A stretch of 64,000 nucleotides of DNA from Lysobacterales bacterium (lineage in GTDB: Bacteria > Pseudomonadota > Gammaproteobacteria > Xanthomonadales > SZUA-5): assembly GCA_022844165.1 (NCBI GenBank), contig JALHMH010000011.1, forward strand, positions 1-64,000, read 5' to 3'. Below the pieces are notes generated by a model that saw only the letters and a program-made list of their open reading frames with translations, was not told the DNA's origin and did no database searches. Both the position numbers and the translations under genes were made by a program. How positions within the stretch are numbered: position 1 is the first letter of the stretch; each line of letters begins with the position of its first letter. Positions 57,780-64,000 of this stretch are shown in pieces.

Positions 57780-58096
57780 GCGACTGGACGCGCGCATGCG
57801 CTGTCGCTGACCTTCCGTCCGGCCTTTGCAAAGTTGTCGATGTCGAAGGCGTGGCGATGCTGGTCGTCAATGTCGATGGCGGGTTTCACTGCATCGAAGA
57901 CGTTTGCACGCACGACGGTGGCGAGCTGGCCGGCGGCGCTTTGTGCGGATTTGAAATCGAATGCCCACGCCACGGCGCGCGATTCGATGTGCGCACGGGG
58001 GCGGCGCTGTGCCCGCCTGCCTATCAACCCACTGCGGTGTTTCCGATTAAGATCGAAGACGGACAGGTCTGGGTGCGAGACGATCGATGGGATTGA
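57776..58096 (+). CDS. Rieske-type [2Fe-2S] ferredoxin
   Basis: CTH and CPRH; GTG start with AAAGGAG SD. Confidence 0.93.
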   Translation: MSDWTRACAVADLPSGLCKVVDVEGVAMLVVNVDGGFHCIEDVCTHDGGELAGGALCGFEIECPRHGARFDVRTGAALCPPAYQPTAVFPIKIEDGQVWVRDDRWD

Positions 58097-58425
58097 AGCG
58101 CGCTTCGAATCACCTGCTGCGCGACGGCTGTACCGCGCTCGGTGGGGTCGCCTTGAAAGTGTGTCGATTCGGATGTGGCTCCCCCGATGTTCGAGGCTGA
58201 GTCAGGCGCGTTTGGCCGGCATGCCGGTCGCGACGGCGAACGCCCGGCAGCTTGCCGCCGGGTTGGTGTGGGGTCAGCAAAAGCGAGGTGTTCCGCAACG
58301 ATCATGGCCGCACAGTTTTCTTTTTTGCGCATGGCTTTCAGCCATGATCGTTGTGACACGCACGCGTCCGAGCGGAGCCGGCGATGCCCGGTGGTCTTGG
58401 ACGTAGCCTTGCCAGGTCTTGCGCA

Positions 58426-61014
58426 ATGACGACGGACGCCACTGAACATATCGATATGTCGATTGCCCCAGGGGCGACGAGATTGCCGCCGACGACGATA
58501 GGCTCGTGGACATTGCTGCGGGAGATCGGTCGCGGCGGAATGGGCTCGGTGTATCTTGCTGAGCGGCACGGCGCGGATTTCGAACAACGCGCAGCGCTGA
58601 AGTTGATCCGTCTGGGCTTGGACAGCAAAGAAATCGTGCAGCGTTTCGCCGCTGAACGACGCATCCTGGCAAGATTGGAACATCCGAACATTGCGCGCTT
58701 GATCGATGGCGGCGTCGAGGCAGAACGTCCGTTCCTGGCAATGGAGTGGATCGATGGTTTGCCGCTGCTCGACTATGCAGCGCGCGAGGCGCTTGACGTC
58801 CGCCGGCGCGTCGCTTTGTTTCTGCGATTGTGCGAGGCGGTGGCGTATGCGCACCGCATGCTCGTTGTGCATCGCGATATCAAGCCTGGCAATGTGCTGA
58901 TCGATCGCCGTGGCGAGCCGAAGCTGCTCGATTTCGGCATCGCCAAGCTCATGCTTCAGGATAGCGACGACGACACCTCGGCCACCGGTGCGCGCTTCTT
59001 CACCCGCGCCTACGCAGCTCCCGAACAAGTTCGCGGTGAGCCGGTGACCACGGCGACCGACATTTATTCGCTGGGCGCCGTACTGTTCGAGTTGTTGTCC
59101 GGGCAGTCGCTGCACACGTCGCGGACGACCCGCCAAGACACGCGCGCATTGTTGTCGCATGCGCGCAACGAGGCCGGCGCGGACGGGCCGGCGAATGTCT
59201 CGCCGCGCGCATTGTCTGGCGATTTGTCGCTGGTCGTTGCCAAGGCGGTTCGCTTGGAACCGCAGCGTCGTTATCCGACGGTAGAGGCATTCGCCGAAGA
59301 CCTGCGCGCGTGTCTGGAGGACCGCCCGGTGCGTGCAAGGCCTGACGGTCTTGCCTATCGAACGGCCCGGTACCTGCGTCGGCACTGGCTGGGCGTCAGC
59401 GCCAGTGTCGCCGTGCTCCTGGCGATACTGGTGGGTGCCCTGGTGGCGCTGCATCAGGCATCGATCGCGCGCCAGCAGGCACTGCGTGCCGAGGCCGTGA
59501 GCGATTTTCTGGCCGGCATTTTTGAAAGCGCAACCCCGGACCAGGCCGGTGGCGAAGAGATCAGCGCCAGAGACTTGCTTGAAGTTGGCGCAACGCGTAT
59601 CGGCACAAAGCTGCGCGCAGAACCCGCGGTGCGGGCAGAGGTATACGCCACTTTGGGAAGTGCCTACTTTTATCTCGGCGACGCGGCGCGTGCGATCGAG
59701 ATGTATGAGGCGGGTCGTGCCCTGGTGATGCCGGGAGATGGAGACGGCACACACATCCGTTTGTTGTGGGGTTTGGCGCAGGCCGAGCTGTCAGCCGGGC
59801 AGTTGAGTCTGGCGCGGACGCATATCGACCAGGCGCGCTCGCAGGCGAAAGGGAATCCCGCCTGGTTGCTCGATATCGACTTGGTCGATAAGTCGATCCT
59901 GGGTGCCGAAGGGCGCATCGAAGCGGCACGGAATTTGGCCACCAGCCTTTACGAGCGGTATCGAGCGACGAGCGTTGATGCTGAGGAAACGCTGTTGGCG
60001 CAGAACGATCTGGGCGTGTGGATTTTGGCCACGGGCGAGGTCGAAGAAGCTCGCAGAATCTTTGAGGACGTACTGCAAGCGCGGCGCCGCGTATCGGGAC
60101 CGTCGCATCCCGAAGTGGCGACAACCTTGTACAACCTGCACCTTGCGCAATTGCGCGCCGGCGATGCCCAATCCGCTGAGGCAACAGCCAATGAGGCGTT
60201 GGTCTTGCGGCGCCGTATTTTGCCGCTCGGGCATCGCGACATTGCGCGCAGCCTGGGGGCGCTGGCGGCACTCGCCAATCGGCGCGGCGCGCATGCGCAA
60301 GCGCGGCAACTGCGCGTCGAGTCAGTCGACAGTCTGCGCGCTGCCCGTCGGCCCGATCTGTTGCTGCTGGGACAAGAACTCATCAATCTGGCGATCGATG
60401 AAATTCAATTGGCGGAACTCGATTCGGCGCGCGCGCATCTGGATGAGGCTTTGTATCGCTTGCGCGGTCTGGGCCCGGGCGATGCTCGCGTGCTCGATGC
60501 CGAACGCTATCGCGCGCTCGTGGATATCTATCAGGAGAAGTTCGCCGCCGCAGAGTCGGCGCTAAGGACGATTGTCGCGCGCGAGGCGGCAGCGCCCGCC
60601 AGCCCGCAACGCCTGGCGACCTTGCGCTATCTGTCGCGTGCTTTGCGACTGCAAGGACGCGGTCGCGAGGCGTTGGAAGCGATCGCGCCGGCCGCGCAGT
60701 GGTTAGCTGCCGAAGGTGTTTTTTCGGCGAACGATCGCGCACGCACGGAAGCCGAACGAGCACAGGCATGGCTGGCGCAGGGCGAAACCGAGCAGGCCAG
60801 GTCGCGCCTGGATGCCGCGCGAGCAGCTTATGGCGAGTCGTCTCCGGGCGCTGCGGATGCGGCCCAGCTGATCCTGCTACAGGCCCGAATCGAACGCGCG
60901 GCAGGAAACATCAAAGAGGCCAGACAGCTCGCCGCCGATGCCATGCGTCATCTCATCGCCGCGCGCGGCGAGCGCCATCCGGATGTGGCTGAGGCGCGAC
61001 GGATGCTGGAGTGA
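58426..61014 (+). CDS. Hanks-type Ser/Thr protein kinase with TM segment and periplasmic TPRs
   Basis: GRGGMG, ALK, HRDIKP.N, DFG, APE; hydrophobic segment followed by TPR repeats. Confidence 0.95.
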   Translation: MTTDATEHIDMSIAPGATRLPPTTIGSWTLLREIGRGGMGSVYLAERHGADFEQRAALKLIRLGLDSKEIVQRFAAERRILARLEHPNIARLIDGGVEAERPFLAMEWIDGLPLLDYAAREALDVRRRVALFLRLCEAVAYAHRMLVVHRDIKPGNVLIDRRGEPKLLDFGIAKLMLQDSDDDTSATGARFFTRAYAAPEQVRGEPVTTATDIYSLGAVLFELLSGQSLHTSRTTRQDTRALLSHARNEAGADGPANVSPRALSGDLSLVVAKAVRLEPQRRYPTVEAFAEDLRACLEDRPVRARPDGLAYRTARYLRRHWLGVSASVAVLLAILVGALVALHQASIARQQALRAEAVSDFLAGIFESATPDQAGGEEISARDLLEVGATRIGTKLRAEPAVRAEVYATLGSAYFYLGDAARAIEMYEAGRALVMPGDGDGTHIRLLWGLAQAELSAGQLSLARTHIDQARSQAKGNPAWLLDIDLVDKSILGAEGRIEAARNLATSLYERYRATSVDAEETLLAQNDLGVWILATGEVEEARRIFEDVLQARRRVSGPSHPEVATTLYNLHLAQLRAGDAQSAEATANEALVLRRRILPLGHRDIARSLGALAALANRRGAHAQARQLRVESVDSLRAARRPDLLLLGQELINLAIDEIQLAELDSARAHLDEALYRLRGLGPGDARVLDAERYRALVDIYQEKFAAAESALRTIVAREAAAPASPQRLATLRYLSRALRLQGRGREALEAIAPAAQWLAAEGVFSANDRARTEAERAQAWLAQGETEQARSRLDAARAAYGESSPGAADAAQLILLQARIERAAGNIKEARQLAADAMRHLIAARGERHPDVAEARRMLE

Positions 61015-61064
61015 GGAAGTCTGATGTGGCGGAACGTTCGGATCATGAGCGGCCGTTAGCGGCT

Positions 61065-61274
61065 TCACCCTCCGCCCAGCGCATGAACCAGTTCGAGCTG
61101 GTCGCCATCCAGGAGGACGTGATGTGGATGCTGGCTCTTCGGGACAATTTCCCGGTTGCACTCGATTGCGACGCGACGTTCGGCCAGGCCTTGCAAGCGG
61201 AGCAGGTCCGCCACGGTGCTTTCGGCCGGAAGATCGAGATCGCGCCCGTTCAGTCGAATGCGTATTGGGTTCAT
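61065..61274 (-). CDS. thiS: Sulfur carrier protein ThiS
   Basis: I.LNG, VAIE.N.EIVP, D.LE.V.ALGGG C-terminus. Confidence 0.9.
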   Translation of the reverse strand: MNPIRIRLNGRDLDLPAESTVADLLRLQGLAERRVAIECNREIVPKSQHPHHVLLDGDQLELVHALGGG

Positions 61275-62182
61275 CCTTCGGTCCGATTCCGCCCAGAGCG
61301 TTTGGCCATATAAAGAAAGTTGTCGGCGATGTGCAGCAAGTCGACGGCTTTGCCATCCGCACTGGGTTGAATGGATGCCACACCGCGGCTGATGGTGACG
61401 ACTGGCGCGGTGGTCGCGCCAGCGTTGGCGATCCCCAGATCGAAGACGGCTTTGCCAAGTTCATCGGCCTTGGCGCGTGCACCTTCAATGGTTGTTTCGG
61501 GCAACAGACAAACGAATTCCTCTCCTCCGTAGCGCGCCAGCAAGTCGGCCGGACGACCCAGGCGCCCGCGCATTTCGCTGGCTACAGTGCGCAAGCAATC
61601 GTCGCCGGCCTGGTGCCCATAACAATCGTTGTAGGCTTTGAAGTGATCGAGATCCAGCAGGATCAGCGAGAGCGGCAGCTGGTTGCGCCGGCAACGTAAC
61701 CACTCGACCTGCAATCGCTCGTCGAACCAGCGCCGGTTGGCGACACCCGTCAGCCCATCGTTGAAGGCCATCGACCGTAACAGGTCCGCCTGACGCTTCA
61801 ACGCAAGGTGCGTACGCACGCGTGCCAGCACAACCGGAGGGTTGACAGGTTTGGTGATGAAATCGACTGCGCCGACCTCAAGACCGCGCGTTTCGTCTTC
61901 CACACCGTCCTTCGCCGTCACGAAAATCACCGGGACATCGCGTGTGGTTGGCTCGCTGCGCAAGCGCGCGCAGACTTCGAATCCATCGAGGCCCGGCATC
62001 ATGACATCGAGCAACACAATATCCGGCGCCCGTCGCCGACATAGCGCCAGCGCCGACTCGCCGTCCGTCGCCATCGATACTTCGAATTCGGCCTTAAGGA
62101 TCTGGTGCAGCAACTGAATGTTCGCTGGTTGGTCGTCGACCACCAGAACTCGTGCGCGCTCCGATTTAGCGATGTCGGTCAT
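61271..62182 (-). CDS. Response regulator diguanylate cyclase (REC-GGDEF)
   Basis: REC domain; DGLTG.ANRR, D.DHFK.YND, I-site RPAD, GGEEF. Confidence 0.96.
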   Translation of the reverse strand: MTDIAKSERARVLVVDDQPANIQLLHQILKAEFEVSMATDGESALALCRRRAPDIVLLDVMMPGLDGFEVCARLRSEPTTRDVPVIFVTAKDGVEDETRGLEVGAVDFITKPVNPPVVLARVRTHLALKRQADLLRSMAFNDGLTGVANRRWFDERLQVEWLRCRRNQLPLSLILLDLDHFKAYNDCYGHQAGDDCLRTVASEMRGRLGRPADLLARYGGEEFVCLLPETTIEGARAKADELGKAVFDLGIANAGATTAPVVTISRGVASIQPSADGKAVDLLHIADNFLYMAKRSGRNRTEG

Positions 62183-62373
62183 TGGGCCTGATGTGCGGGT
62201 TGCGCGTTCGCTGTTGCAAGGGGCGTTTGGAACATTCGCGGGTGATTACACGGACAAATAGTGAATGCTGCGCGTCGATTAGTAAAGAGCGGTGTGCATC
62301 GCCTGCCGCGGGTCGCGCTGCATCATGAAATGCGCAGGTGAGGTATCGATACGAAATGTGCGCGTTGCGACGC

Positions 62374-64000
62374 TCAGGCAATGCGCCGAAGTTCCCACTC
62401 AACGCCGCGACACGCTTCAAGCGCCATTCGAAAGTTCAGTCGCTTGAGCGCATCCTCAACGGTTCGCATGGCGCCGAGCAAAGGCGCCGGGACCTGGTCC
62501 ATGAGCTCACGGAAAACATCGAGCGCCGCCATGTCGCCGTCGACCAGCGCCAGGACGAGTCGGTCCAGAGTTCTTTCGAATTCGTCCCGATCGAACTCAG
62601 CGAGCGGCACGGTCGATTGAGGCAGATCCGCGGGTTGCAATTGGTCTGCGGCTGCCTTCAGAGCCTCCGTCGCATCGCGAAAATCGCTGCGCAATTCGCC
62701 GAGCAACCGTTGTATTTCGGTTGCCGGCTTGCGTTTGCTCAGCGCACGTTCCAAGCGCCGGGCTTTCTCTGCCAGGGCTTCAGCACCGAGCGTTGCGGCC
62801 ACACCCTTGAGGGTGTGCGTTTGGGCAATGGCTTCGGCCGTGCGTTCGGCCATGATGGCGTCGCTCAGTCGCGCCGGCGTTTCCATTTGTTCGCGGCCGA
62901 ACAAGCGCGCCATTTGGGCATAGAGCGTTCGATTGCCGCCCAGACGGCGCAGCGCTTTTTCGGCATCAAGCACTGGCGTTTCTTCCTGGTCGGCGTTCGT
63001 GGTCTCGACAACGGGCGGCGGGGCACCGCGGCCGGCGAGCGCGAGCAGTGTGGCCACCAGGACATTGACATCAATGGGCTTGGCGAGGTGCGCGTTCATT
63101 CCAGCCGATCGACTTGAGGCGCGGTCTTCAGCGCTCGAGTTCGCGGTCATCGCAACAACGGGGAGTTCCTGATCGGAAAATCGCTGCCGGATCCGGCGCG
63201 TCGCTTCGTGGCCATCCATTTCCGGCATTTGGATATCCATCAACACCGCATCGAAGCTGTGATTTTCAAGCAGCGTGAGGGCGTCTTTAGCGAGCGCAGC
63301 CGACGCCACTCGTGCACCCTCGTCGCTCAGAATTTCCGCGACCACGTGGCGGTTTATCGGATGGTCCTCGACCAACAAGATCCGCATGCCGGTCAATCTC
63401 GGTACGCCTGGCGCCGGAGCGCTGCCTGAATCCGGATGCGGAACGACTGCGCCCGGCATCGAAAGGGTCAGCGTGAAAACACTGCCCACATGCGGTTCAC
63501 TTTCGACCGCCAGTTCGCCGCCCATCAACTGCACCAATGCATAGGTGATCGGCAGGCCCAGGCCAGTGCCGCCATAGCGTCGCGTCGTCGAGCCCTCGCC
63601 CTGGTAAAAGGCCTCGAAGATGCGCGCCTGCTGCTCGCGACTGATGCCAATTCCGCTGTCTTCGACAGCAAAGACCAGTGCTTCGGGCGCAGTGCCCGGC
63701 GCGACACGAAGGCGGACCTGACCCTGTTCGGTGAACTTAATCGCGTTACCGATTAAGTTCAGGAGAATCTGGCGCAGCCGCGCTGAGTCGCCGCTCAGGC
63801 CATCGCGGGTCGATGGGTCGATATCGAACGTCAGCCTCAGGTGCTTGTCGGAAGCGATCTCCTGAAAGACGTGTTCTAACTCCGACAGCATCGTGCGCAA
63901 GCTAAACGGCGCATGTTCGATGGACAGGCGCCCGGTTTCCAGTTTGGCGTAGTCCAGCAAGTCGTCCAGAATTGCCAACAGTGTGCGCGCCGCGCCGTCG
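62374..64000 (-). CDS. Hybrid sensor histidine kinase (HATPase-REC-Hpt), 5' end outside the window
   Basis: NLIGNAIKFT, DSGIG, GGTGLGL, MDIQMP, Hpt HTLKG. Confidence 0.95.
   Translation of the reverse strand, partial: DGAARTLLAILDDLLDYAKLETGRLSIEHAPFSLRTMLSELEHVFQEIASDKHLRLTFDIDPSTRDGLSGDSARLRQILLNLIGNAIKFTEQGQVRLRVAPGTAPEALVFAVEDSGIGISREQQARIFEAFYQGEGSTTRRYGGTGLGLPITYALVQLMGGELAVESEPHVGSVFTLTLSMPGAVVPHPDSGSAPAPGVPRLTGMRILLVEDHPINRHVVAEILSDEGARVASAALAKDALTLLENHSFDAVLMDIQMPEMDGHEATRRIRQRFSDQELPVVAMTANSSAEDRASSRSAGMNAHLAKPIDVNVLVATLLALAGRGAPPPVVETTNADQEETPVLDAEKALRRLGGNRTLYAQMARLFGREQMETPARLSDAIMAERTAEAIAQTHTLKGVAATLGAEALAEKARRLERALSKRKPATEIQRLLGELRSDFRDATEALKAAADQLQPADLPQSTVPLAEFDRDEFERTLDRLVLALVDGDMAALDVFRELMDQVPAPLLGAMRTVEDALKRLNFRMALEACRGVEWELRRIA

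Noticed and set aside
58024-59754. 576-aa antisense ORF over the kinase (similar long antisense ORFs lie over the sulfatase, macroglobulin, TonB receptor and dxs)
   Set aside because: Typical shadow ORFs of GC-rich genes; no recognisable motifs

Overview
A 64-kb GC-rich chromosomal segment of a gammaproteobacterium. Gene content, protein style and the lgt-thyA, c4-dsbA-EEP and glyQ-glyS blocks suggest Xanthomonadales/Lysobacterales (Ahniella/Dokdonella-like); this is inferred from recalled homologues, not from a search. Housekeeping genes (thyA, lgt, coaX, pgk, btuB with a cobalamin riboswitch, rppH, dsbA, slyD, pbpC and alpha-2-macroglobulin, dxs, glyQ/glyS, thiS) alternate with accessory secreted or periplasmic genes. 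No tRNA, rRNA, CRISPR array or intact transposase was seen. The most interesting signals are: (1) a PorU/gingipain-like C25 protease plus a D-x-[LI]-[FL]-x-x-[GS]-F motif on secreted proteins, a candidate undescribed protein-sorting system; (2) a VapBC-type module inserted between glyQ and glyS and coupled to glyS; (3) a TPR-Asp/Asn hydroxylase, TonB receptor and methyltransferase locus; (4) a dispersed ~180-bp hairpin-rich element with YTAR ends, two of whose copies overlap stop codons; (5) a stand-alone secreted PilJ-like sensor domain; (6) an ECF43-like sigma factor and a TPR Ser/Thr kinase separated by ~25 kb; (7) a Burkholderiales-like dxs; (8) a Cys-degenerate SufU. Start codons are best estimates.
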